NCBI GenBank assembly: GCA_029856435.1
Contig: JAHQXB010000126.1
Location: 1-26,052, forward strand
Direction: 5' to 3'
Source of the DNA: Candidatus Jordarchaeia archaeon
Lineage (GTDB): Archaea > Asgardarchaeota > Jordiarchaeia > Jordiarchaeales > Jordiarchaeaceae
Length of the DNA stretch: 26,052 nt
Below, piece by piece: positions 9,096 through 17,169 of this stretch. Position 1 is the first letter of the stretch; every line of letters begins with the position of its first letter. A program made the position numbers and the translations under genes. The notes beneath the pieces were generated by a model, which did not search any database, was not told the DNA's origin, and worked only from the letters and a program-made list of their open reading frames with translations.

Positions 9096-9115
9096 TTGTA
9101 CTACATATAGTACAA
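9096..9115. promoter_or_regulatory. Palindromic operator of vapBC-2
   Basis: Perfect TTGTACTA-cata-TAGTACAA, 7 bp upstream of the GTG start. Confidence 0.65.
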
Positions 9116-9199
9116 ATATGTAAAAATCATCCCACCAACAATCGCTTTTCATTGCCAAACTCATTTAAGCTTCTTCGCTGATACGCATAGCAACAGACG

Positions 9200-9255
9200 A
9201 ATTGACACCCCCCGCGACTAAAAGTCGGGGGCTCTCTCGCCAACGGTTTTGTAAT
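9200..9255 (-). mobile_element. IS200/IS605-end-like mini-element, copy 1
   Basis: Minus strand: TTAC aaaaccgttggcgagaga GCCCCCGACT ttt AGTCG c GGGG ggtg TCAA, i.e. an imperfect hairpin ending near TCAA. A second copy lies at 11897-11955. Confidence 0.6.
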
Positions 9256-9363
9256 AACAAAATAGACAAAAAGAAAATATATATTTGGAAGTATAAAATC
9301 ATGTTACTAACTATATGCTATTTGAGATTCATTCTAAGCTTATGATACGTTGCATCTTTTCTG

Positions 9364-10722
9364 GTGGTGGAATGGTTGAGCGAGATTCGTGCCGACGTGG
9401 TTGTGGTTGGGGCTGCTACTGCTGGGAGTTACTTTGCTTGGAGAATGGCTGAGAAGGGCTTCAACGTTGTCGTCGTGGAGGAGAAAAAGCTGGGCACTCT
9501 TGGAGAACACATAGACATTTTTCACTTTGACGAAATAAGATTCAAGCAGTTTGGCATACCCCCACCCAAGGGAGAAGAACTCGTGGGGAAGTATAAGGAT
9601 GGAAAAATGTGGCCACCCGATGGGGACAACTACAAGGTCGTCAACTACACATTCTGCGTCATGCGTCTACCACTGTTCACCTCAAGGCTAAACAGGTACG
9701 CCATGGATGCGGGAGCAAAAATACTTGATAAAACTAGATATGTGGCTCCAATCATCAAGAAGGAAACCCTTAATGGTATAAGGGTGAAGCGAAACAGCGA
9801 ATCACTTGATATCATTGCCCCCATAACTGTTGATGCTTCGGGACTCAGAAGTGTTGTGAGGGTCTCCCTACCTGATAAGATGGGCGTAGAGACGGATCCC
9901 ATAAAGCCTGAGGACACGCTCCACGTTATTCTGGAATATTGGGATGAAATAGAAGAACCCTTTCCTAAAGGGTTGAACTTTTATCCCTTCCACAAGACCT
10001 TCTTCAATCCAAGTTATGGCGAAGGAGCCATACTCGGAGTGGGTCAACCCGTTTCCTTTGACAATTCAAGAAAAGTAATGGAAGAGTTCAAGAAGGAGCG
10101 CTTCCAACAAAAACACAAACTCGTCAAAACCTGCCAAGGATGGACACCCTTCCGAAGACCACCATACTCCCTTGTAGCAAACGGCTTCATGGTTGTGGGA
10201 GACGCGGCTTTCACCACAAAACCCTTTTCCGGTGAGGGTGTGTCCTCAGGATTTACAGGCTGTAAGATTGCTTCGGAAATAGCCGCGCAAGCGCTTGAGA
10301 AGGGTGACTTTTCAAAAGAATCGTTGTGGGAATATAATGTAGGATACTTCACGGATCAAGGTGCCAAGTTTGCAGCACTCATGGCCCAGCTACCTGCCGC
10401 GGCAACTCTGACTCGTAGCGACGTAAACTACCTTTTTGATGCAGATGTAGTATTCAACGGGGAGGATTTCAGCCAGATAAACAGGGACTTCGAAGTGAAA
10501 TCGTCTCTCGGAAAAACACTAGGCATCCTAGGAAAGCTTTTGACGGGAGTGATTGAAGGAGGGTTAAGAAGGGAAAGCCTTAGAAAACTGATAGCTGTTC
10601 AAAGACTCTCTTCAAAGCTTAGAAAGCTCTACGAGAATTATCCTAAAAATCCCCAAAAAATCGATAAGTGGATAAAGAAGGTGGAACCCCTGTGGAGGGA
10701 ATCCAAAAAATTGGGAGGCTAG
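9364..10722 (+). CDS. Geranylgeranyl reductase-family FAD-dependent oxidoreductase
   Basis: DVVVVGAATAG Rossmann motif, VDASG, and VVGDAAFTTKPFSGEGV. The real start may be TTG 9376. Confidence 0.85.
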   Translation: MVEWLSEIRADVVVVGAATAGSYFAWRMAEKGFNVVVVEEKKLGTLGEHIDIFHFDEIRFKQFGIPPPKGEELVGKYKDGKMWPPDGDNYKVVNYTFCVMRLPLFTSRLNRYAMDAGAKILDKTRYVAPIIKKETLNGIRVKRNSESLDIIAPITVDASGLRSVVRVSLPDKMGVETDPIKPEDTLHVILEYWDEIEEPFPKGLNFYPFHKTFFNPSYGEGAILGVGQPVSFDNSRKVMEEFKKERFQQKHKLVKTCQGWTPFRRPPYSLVANGFMVVGDAAFTTKPFSGEGVSSGFTGCKIASEIAAQALEKGDFSKESLWEYNVGYFTDQGAKFAALMAQLPAAATLTRSDVNYLFDADVVFNGEDFSQINRDFEVKSSLGKTLGILGKLLTGVIEGGLRRESLRKLIAVQRLSSKLRKLYENYPKNPQKIDKWIKKVEPLWRESKKLGG

Positions 10723-10819
10723 CGATGCTAACGGGTGGTTGACGAACAAAAATATGTTAGGCATTCCTCACTTTTTTAATATTCCTTTCTTTTAATTTGT
10801 GACTGAAAGAATGATTATA

Positions 10820-11855
10820 GTGAAACAGAGAAGTGATTTATGAACAGGCTAATGTTAAGAAGATGCTTCACTTTGTCAATGTTTGGTTTCTTCCTTTCAG
10901 GTGGGTAGTCAACACTTACCGGGGTTGCGAACACAAACATGTTTCTGCGATGCCAGATACACCCATGAATATCTGGGGCTTCCAACGAGAGAGTTTTCCA
11001 AAAAATCATCGTGAAAAACAATGCGGCGGAAATCCTCGATAAGGAGTTCTCCAGAGCAAAGTGGAACAAAAAGTTGACGGTCAACTTAACCATAACAGAC
11101 CCCTTACAAGCCGGCTGAAAGCCAGTTCAAAATCACGAGAAAATTGTTGGAAGTATTTTTAAAACACCATAATTCCCTAACGCTTACCACCAAATCCGAC
11201 TTAGTATTAAGAGACTTGGGTATATTGAGTGAAATCGGGCAGACAGGTTTCCTTAACGTGATAATTACTCTGCCAACTTAATGAGGATTTAAGAAAGAAA
11301 AATAGAGCCGAGGGTTCCCAGTGTGGAAAGAGGCTTGAAACAGTTCAGAAACTTCACGGAGTAAAGGTAGGAGTCACTGCGATTACCCCATAAAAGAGAC
11401 CTGAATGCCTGTGTGAATATAGCCCATGCCTTAACGAGAGGCATGGGATGGAGAGTCGTGAGCCCCTCGGATCAGCAGGTGTAGCTGAAAGCTTAAAGCT
11501 TCAGGCGAACGCTGGAAGCCCCTTACTTCAGTCAGGGGAGGCTCACTACCGCACCCTTCTGATAGCGAGAAGGACATGGAAGAATTCATAAAAACTGTTG
11601 CTGGTGTGGGTGCGGATTTTATTTTGGATACGCTCAATTTTCGAGGGGAAACAAGAGACAGATTCATGGAATTTCTGAAAAGTTATGACCCAGATTTGGT
11701 TCTAAAATATGAGGAACTCTACCAAACCAATTATTATGATAAAAACTATGCTGTTGCGAAGAAGAAGATACGTCAACAGATTAGTTAGAAAATATAAGGT
11801 GGATAATTACAATGTTTTCAAAAATTTGGAATGGATAACTGAAAGAAGCTGCTAA
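10820..11855 (+). pseudogene. Radical SAM protein (SplB/Rv2578c-like) pseudogene interrupted by an IS remnant
   Basis: Joined frames give PFRWVVNTYRGCEHK..C.ARYTHEYLG, KIIVKNNAAEILDKEF, TDPY.PAE..FKITRKLLEVF, LTTKSDLVLRDL, KIEPRVPSVE, then after 11546 LP..SDSEKDMEEFIK..LNFRGETRDRF. At least 5 frameshifts and a damaged CxxxCxxC. Confidence 0.85.
11391..11546 (+). mobile_element. tnpB: IS200/IS605-family remnant: tnpB 3' end plus right end (omega-RNA region)
   Basis: RDLNACVNIAHALTRGMGW is the TnpB RuvC-III D.NA..NI motif (11395-11424 onward). It is followed by GAAGCCCC-ttACT tc AGTca-GGGG-aggc-TCAC, a typical right-end hairpin and cleavage site. Confidence 0.85.
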
Positions 11856-11896
11856 TTAACTAAATTTGTTTTCATGATTATATGAGGGAGGGGCTT

Positions 11897-11955
11897 AATT
11901 GACACTCACCGCGACCTAGAATTGAGGGGCCTATCTCGTCAACGATTCTTGTAAT
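11897..11955 (-). mobile_element. IS200/IS605-end-like mini-element, copy 2 (degenerate)
   Basis: aattgacactcaccgcgacctagaattgaggggcctatctcgtcaacgattcttgtaat aligns end to end with 9200-9255. Confidence 0.55.
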
Positions 11956-12078
11956 CCGTTAGCCTTAAAAGCAATTAATAACCTGAATATTATCTCACCC
12001 AAAAACAAAGGAGTTCGAGCCGGAAAAACTGTTTTCGCATTCTTAACTGGAAAAAGCTCTTATGTGGAAGTGATCTCT

Positions 12079-12369
12079 ATGTGCGATAAATCTGAACTCT
12101 TCAAGTACATTGAAGAAAGAAAAGCACTGGTTTCAGAAATTGAAAATAGCGTTCAATGCGATATGGATAATTTACTGCGTAGCATAGAGCGCTTCCATAG
12201 TCTAAGCAGTATGATAAATAGCTACAGTAGGGATTGCCTCAACTCAAGACTCATAACGAGGAAGGAGTACTACAAGATCCGCAGTGAAACAAACGAAATG
12301 TACACCCTGATGAAAAGGATAGTAAACAAAAACTTGGAAAAGTGTAAAATTGACGGTTACATAGTATGA
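12079..12369 (+). CDS. Hypothetical alpha-helical protein (~96 aa)
   Basis: Open frame with protein-like amphipathic composition. SD-like GAAGTGA precedes ATG 12079. No recognised motif. Confidence 0.65.
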   Translation: MCDKSELFKYIEERKALVSEIENSVQCDMDNLLRSIERFHSLSSMINSYSRDCLNSRLITRKEYYKIRSETNEMYTLMKRIVNKNLEKCKIDGYIV

Positions 12370-12482
12370 ATCAAACACCAAAAAGGGAAGCGTTTAAGCC
12401 CTTAGCCATTTACTAATGGTAGTCTAGTGTCTCCAATCCCCGAATCATGTTTTTCCGAACCAAAATTTTTGGTTTTTACTTT

Positions 12483-13061
12483 TCAAAAGAGGAAGTTTAT
12501 GTAATAGCATATTATGAATGTTCCAATTCCAATGGCGGCAGTGCGGATTCCTCTTAGAACCATGTTGGTTTTAGAGATTTTGCCAAAGTACATCCCCATA
12601 CCGAAGAGTATGGCGATTGCCACCGCTATGGTGATGTAAATTGCTATCATTGATTGCTGGACTAGTATTATGGGCAAGGTGAGAACCAAGGCTACTAGAA
12701 TTGGGACTGAGAAGTTGGTGATTCCCACAACGATTTGGCCGGTTCTTGAGGCTTTGTGATGAATGGTTTCATCAAGATTTCGAAGCATAGATTTTTCCAG
12801 TTCCTTCAGTCGTTTCACGCTTTCAGTCCTCTCAGCCTCAAATGTGCTGATTCCACTAGAAATCCCAAGGGCTAGGGCTCCGGTTAAAGTGGTTCCAAAG
12901 ATTAGAAGGGGACTAATACTGCTTGCAGTTGCAGCACCTATAATAATTCCCATACATGTAAGCACTGAGTCAAAAACGGTGTTCATAAGGAAGCGTCTTA
13001 GTATCGGCCAAACATTAGCTACTTTTAATTGGTATCTAATTCTATTTAGAAAAGAAGACAC
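12483..13061 (-). CDS. VIT1/CCC1-family membrane transporter (archaeal type)
   Basis: RRFLMNTVFDSVLT..GIIIG, ALGISSGIS.FEAERTE, and the soluble LE..ML..L linker between TM blocks. Confidence 0.85.
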   Translation of the reverse strand: MSSFLNRIRYQLKVANVWPILRRFLMNTVFDSVLTCMGIIIGAATASSISPLLIFGTTLTGALALGISSGISTFEAERTESVKRLKELEKSMLRNLDETIHHKASRTGQIVVGITNFSVPILVALVLTLPIILVQQSMIAIYITIAVAIAILFGMGMYFGKISKTNMVLRGIRTAAIGIGTFIICYYINFLF

Positions 13062-13242
13062 GCAACAATCATCTCCTATTCAGTAATCATAAATTTTAAA
13101 CCATATATAATTTTTGAGACTCAACCAAATGCTGAAGTAGGTTCAACTAATTTTAGGACAGGATTCCCTAATTCCTCTTTTTCCTGTTTGCCAAGGTGTT
13201 TTTTATGGTTGGTGATTTTTCATTTTCATGTAGGAAACGGTG

Positions 13243-13791
13243 TTATTCGCTTAGAATTAGTTCTCCTCCGTATTCTCCCATCTCGGGATACCATTTGGTG
13301 GTGAAGCCCAGTCTTTTTCCAATCCTTATTATTTTTCTGTTTTCGGGGGACACATAAGCAAATATTTTTTTGACGCCCATCTCCTTAGCAACCTTAATAG
13401 TGTGTAGGAGCAAATTTGTGCCTATACCCTTATGTTGCCAATCGTTATGAACTACAATCGCGATTTCAGCGGCCCCCGTTTCCCTGTCCAAAAAGTATCT
13501 GGAATCGGCAACAATCTTTATGGATTCCCCATTTTTTACCAAAGCCACCAGCGCCATACTCTTATAATAATTTATGTTGGCCCACTCCTCCACAATCCAT
13601 CGAGTAACCTTGCGGTAACTCAGAAACCGGAAATAGTTTTTCTCCTTGGAAAGGGAGCTATAAAACTGGTAGAGCATTTCCACATCTTCCTCAGGCTTCA
13701 AGGGGCGAAAAACCACCATCCTACCATCATCCAAGACATAGGTTGTTTCGAAACGCTTAACAATATCCTTCTCCACACTCAACAAGCCCAC
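13243..13791 (-). CDS. GNAT-family N-acetyltransferase (Pat-like GNAT domain)
   Basis: LDDG..V.FRPL.P.D, Y.RF, AEIAIVV..WQHKGIGT acetyl-CoA motif, and EN......RLGF. Confidence 0.88.
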   Translation of the reverse strand: MGLLSVEKDIVKRFETTYVLDDGRMVVFRPLKPEEDVEMLYQFYSSLSKEKNYFRFLSYRKVTRWIVEEWANINYYKSMALVALVKNGESIKIVADSRYFLDRETGAAEIAIVVHNDWQHKGIGTNLLLHTIKVAKEMGVKKIFAYVSPENRKIIRIGKRLGFTTKWYPEMGEYGGELILSE

Positions 13792-13988
13792 ATCCCAAAA
13801 TAGACAATTAAACTAAAACACCACTTAATTTAGACCCAAACTTAAAAAATATTTTTCTAAATAATTAATGCAGATATTTCAAAGTGGTGAGGTAATCCCA
13901 AGGAGCTACTAGGATATGTTGCCCTGTGAGCATTTGATTAATACTCAAACTTATTTTATAATTTTTCCTAAATTAATCTAAATAATGA

Positions 13989-14075
13989 GCTAGTTTGTCC
14001 CCTCAAAAATTTGGAAGCCTTTCATTCTCACCCCCGCGATTCTACATGGTAAGAGGAACTTTGGGGCAAACTAGC
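13989..14075. mobile_element. 87-bp MITE-like element with terminal inverted repeats
   Basis: GCTAGTTTG(T)CCCC ... GGGGCAAACTAGC. CTAG at both ends could be a TA or CTAG target duplication. No ORF inside. Confidence 0.5.
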
Positions 14076-14168
14076 ATCCTTCACTCATATTCTTTAATAG
14101 GGAAGACTTGTCTATGAAATTATGGGATTCGACAAGTTTTATAAGGTTGTTACTGGAGTTGAATATTT

Positions 14169-14612
14169 ATGAGCTTAGAGGAATATAAGAAGAAGAGGGA
14201 TTTCAGCAAAACCAAGGAACCAGTAGGAGAAGTAAAGAAGGGAAACGGTAAGATTTACGTTGTTCAGAAGCACTACGCAAGCCACATCCACTGGGATCTG
14301 AGGCTTGAAAGGGAGGGAGTCCTTAAGAGTTGGGCTGTCCCTAAAGAGCCTCCCATAAAGAAGGGAACCAAAAGACTGGTGATAACCACAGAGGACCACC
14401 CCATTGAATATTCTAGTTTTGAGGGAGAGATTCCCGAGGGAGAGTATGGAGCGGGAAAAGTGGAGATATGGGACAGTGGAGTATATGAGGAAGAGAAGTG
14501 GAGCGATAAGGAAATAATTGTTAACATAAAGGGTAAACGTCTTAATGGACGCTACTGCCTCATACGCTTCCCCAAGGTTGAAAACGGATGGCTCTTCTTC
14601 AGGTGTGATTAA
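14169..14612 (+). CDS. Stand-alone LigD-type DNA 3'-phosphoesterase (PE domain)
   Basis: [64 protein letters not shown] are the diagnostic PE motifs. Confidence 0.93.
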   Translation: MSLEEYKKKRDFSKTKEPVGEVKKGNGKIYVVQKHYASHIHWDLRLEREGVLKSWAVPKEPPIKKGTKRLVITTEDHPIEYSSFEGEIPEGEYGAGKVEIWDSGVYEEEKWSDKEIIVNIKGKRLNGRYCLIRFPKVENGWLFFRCD

Positions 14613-14613
14613 A

Positions 14614-15249
14614 ATGGATAAGGAGAGAGCACAAAAAATATTCAACCTACTAAAAGAGAATTATGGAGACGTCGGCGGCACCATTCTAAAATACAATACT
14701 CCCCTAGACCTGTTAGTAGCCACCATACTCGCAGCCCAGTGCACAGACGAATTGGTAAACAGAGTAACCGAGAAATTATTCAAAAAGTACAAGACAGCAG
14801 AAGACTACGCCAACGCAGACCTTGAAGAGTTAGACCAAGACATCAAATCCATTCTATTCCATCGAAGAAAGGCAGAAGCCATAAAGAATGCTGCCAAAAT
14901 ACTTGTGGAAAAGTATAATTCTCAAGTTCCAAAAACTATGGAAGAAATGGTTAAACTTCCAGGAGTCGCAAGAAAAACCGCAAACATAGTACTCTCAAAC
15001 GCCTACGGCATAAATGAGGGCATCGCCGTAGACACCCACGTTATGAGGCTGGCCCAGAGAATGGGATTAACTCACCAAAAGGATAGAGACAAAATCGAAG
15101 CAGATTTAATGAACCTCTACCCCCAAAACCAATGGTTCGAGTTAACCAACCTACTCATCACCCATGGAAGAAGAGTGTGCACCGCCAAAAAAGCCAAGTG
15201 TGGAGAATGTGTAGTAAACAAACTCTGCCCCTCCGCCTTCAAAGTTTAA
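14614..15249 (+). CDS. nth: Endonuclease III (HhH-GPD DNA glycosylase/AP lyase)
   Basis: LVATILAAQCTD, HhH LPGVARKTAN, AVDTHV, and C-x6-C-x2-C-x5-C [4Fe-4S] motif. ATG lies 1 bp after the PE stop. Confidence 0.95.
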   Translation: MDKERAQKIFNLLKENYGDVGGTILKYNTPLDLLVATILAAQCTDELVNRVTEKLFKKYKTAEDYANADLEELDQDIKSILFHRRKAEAIKNAAKILVEKYNSQVPKTMEEMVKLPGVARKTANIVLSNAYGINEGIAVDTHVMRLAQRMGLTHQKDRDKIEADLMNLYPQNQWFELTNLLITHGRRVCTAKKAKCGECVVNKLCPSAFKV

Positions 15250-15637
15250 ACAACCACCCGGCACAACAAACATTAAAAGAATGGATACTATTTTTCAGCA
15301 TAGCAATCACGGTTTCTAAAAATCTCTCAAACCGTTGATCGAAACTAACTCATATATGACGTTTCGTAGGTGGTGTTCGGTTTCCGCTTTATAGATGTGA
15401 ACCCTTTGATTGCCACTGGTCTCAAAAAGCTATTTTTATGGTAATACATCCTTCCACTGGTTGCCAAATTTTTCAAAAAAGAAAAATGAAATAGAGCGAG
15501 CGAATTTCCATTTTTGGCTTCCCACTAAAAAATCAAGCCTTTTTTCTAATTTCCAGAATGCATAAGCATGTTTGTCTAAAACGCGAAGCGTATGTGGGTT
15601 TGCTATAATTTCTATGGAGATACATTTTTAATTTTTT

Positions 15638-15981
15638 TTAAGACGCCTTTAGCGTATGTACCTTTTTTATTTTGAAACTGTTACAAACGGTGTCGGCAGC
15701 ATTAAAAATAGTATCAAGCTCGTATTTTACTCCTACATAGAGCCCAGCGGAGAGTGCTTTCTTTGGATCCGTACACATTTCTTTAAAGGGTTATAACCTC
15801 TATTCTTGCAGCATGGCCGTGTATCTGCATAAAGACCGGCATTCTATCCGGTTCTTGAAACATCATTACCTTTGCAAACCTCTCCGCCAACACTGTGAGG
15901 CTCCTTAGACTGAATTTCAATACACTGCGCGGACAGCTTATCTATCTCAGCATCAATACCAGCTTCAGCTATTTTGGTCAT
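15638..15981 (-). pseudogene. Truncated, frameshifted URO-D/MtaA-like methylcobamide methyltransferase
   Basis: Joined frames give LAERFAKVMMFQEPDRMPVFMQIHGHAARI..ITFKEMCTDPKKALSAGLYVGVKYELD, resembling the N-terminus of MtaA/CmuA/URO-D proteins. It lies directly downstream of the corrinoid gene. Confidence 0.65.
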
Positions 15982-15993
15982 CCCCCTTTTCCC

Positions 15994-16631
15994 CTATCTC
16001 CCTATCAATTTTTTCGCCACTTCAACCACCTCTAGGGCGTCATCGGCAAAGGCGTCAGCCCCTACTTCCTGTATATGCTTGGAGTATACTAATGCCCCTC
16101 CAATCAAATACTTAATTTGCTTCCGGGCATTCTCCTTCTTGAACTCCTCATTTAACTTCTTGAGTTCGTCTTGGTAGTTGAAATATACGATGAGGCTTCT
16201 ACTATCTGAGGATTCTCTTTTTTGATAGCCTCTATGAATTTTTGGGGTGGAACATCTATACCAAGGTCAACCACGTAAAATCCAGCACCACGAAGCATAG
16301 CCACCACTATGTTCTTACCAATATCGTGGACATCACCTTGGAATACGCCCATAACTATTTTTCCTAAGATTAGGATCCAACTGATTCTAGCTTTGGTATA
16401 AGAAGGCTGAGCCCTTCGTTCATTGCCTCAGCTCACATTACAGGATCAGGAACAAAGTATTCCTTGTCTTCATACTTTTTACCCACCTCATCCATTGCTT
16501 CACCCATCTCTTTGATTATATCAACTGGTCTAACGCCGTTTTTTAAAAGCTCCTCTGTAGCCTTCCTTGCTTCTTCAGCACCACCATTTATAATAGCCTC
16601 TTTTTAGATTGCTTAAAATTTTTTCAGTCAA
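15994..16631 (-). pseudogene. Methyltransferase cognate corrinoid (B12-binding) protein pseudogene
   Basis: GGAGG SD and TTG start. Cap domain (EAII.G..EEA, VGKKYEDKEYFVP), GDVHDIGKNIV DxHxxG motif, LIGGA and VGADAFADDA. Three frameshifts and an in-frame TGA. Confidence 0.9.
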
Positions 16632-17169
16632 TAAGACTCATCCTCCGGAAAAATAATAGCTTATTTTATATGTAATCAAAATGACTTAAGTTTTGCAGTT
16701 TAAAAAAGGGCACAATTAATTTGGCGTCACGTGCTGCGTGTCATTTGTTTTTCGGCTTTCACACCCCTTGAGGCGTCCTTTTCGGCGTTTCTATCCCGCA
16801 GAAACTCCTAATGGGCTTCAATATGGGGACGCAGGATGCGGCCCAAATATACACCCAAAAGGTGTCACTCAGTTAACTGTGCCTAAAAAAGAATGTTCAC
16901 GATGAGTTTTATCTTTTGGTTGGCCTCTGGTTGTGAGAAACGACTTACAGCGTGTTTTGGTTGCTTCCAATCCTCTTCCCCTTAGCTCTACTCCCCTCCT
17001 TTCCCTCAAGGATAATGTTTTTAAATGAGGGCTCCGCTTACTGAGCTGCTTTGTCCAGTGCTGATCTGGTTTAGCAGAACCATTTTAAGTTTCTAAAATA
17101 GGAAAAGCATAATAGTATTTGTAGATTTTGTTTAAAGGGGACTGAAGTTTTGTTTATGGGTGACCACCT

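Noticed and set aside
14175-14645. Antisense ORFs over PE/nth, and similar shadow ORFs over arsM, paaK, GGR, VIT1, GNAT, mscS and the Mo enzyme
   Set aside because: They overlap well-supported genes on the opposite strand or another frame and lack motifs.
15260-15637. Fragmentary minus-strand frames (e.g. IEIIANPHTLRVLDKHAYAFWKLEK)
   Set aside because: Possibly another gene relic, but I cannot assign a family. Needs tBLASTn.
15994-16631. Corrinoid pseudogene as hgcA, given the HgcC-like gene
   Set aside because: It has the DxHxxG Rossmann B12 domain of MtaC/MttC-type proteins, not the HgcA N(V/I)WCA(A/G)GK cap-helix motif or transmembrane tail.
16920-16990. Cobalamin-riboswitch-like words (GGGAAG, GCTGTAAG) upstream of the corrinoid gene
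   Set aside because: The conserved core spacing, kissing-loop elements and B12 box are absent.
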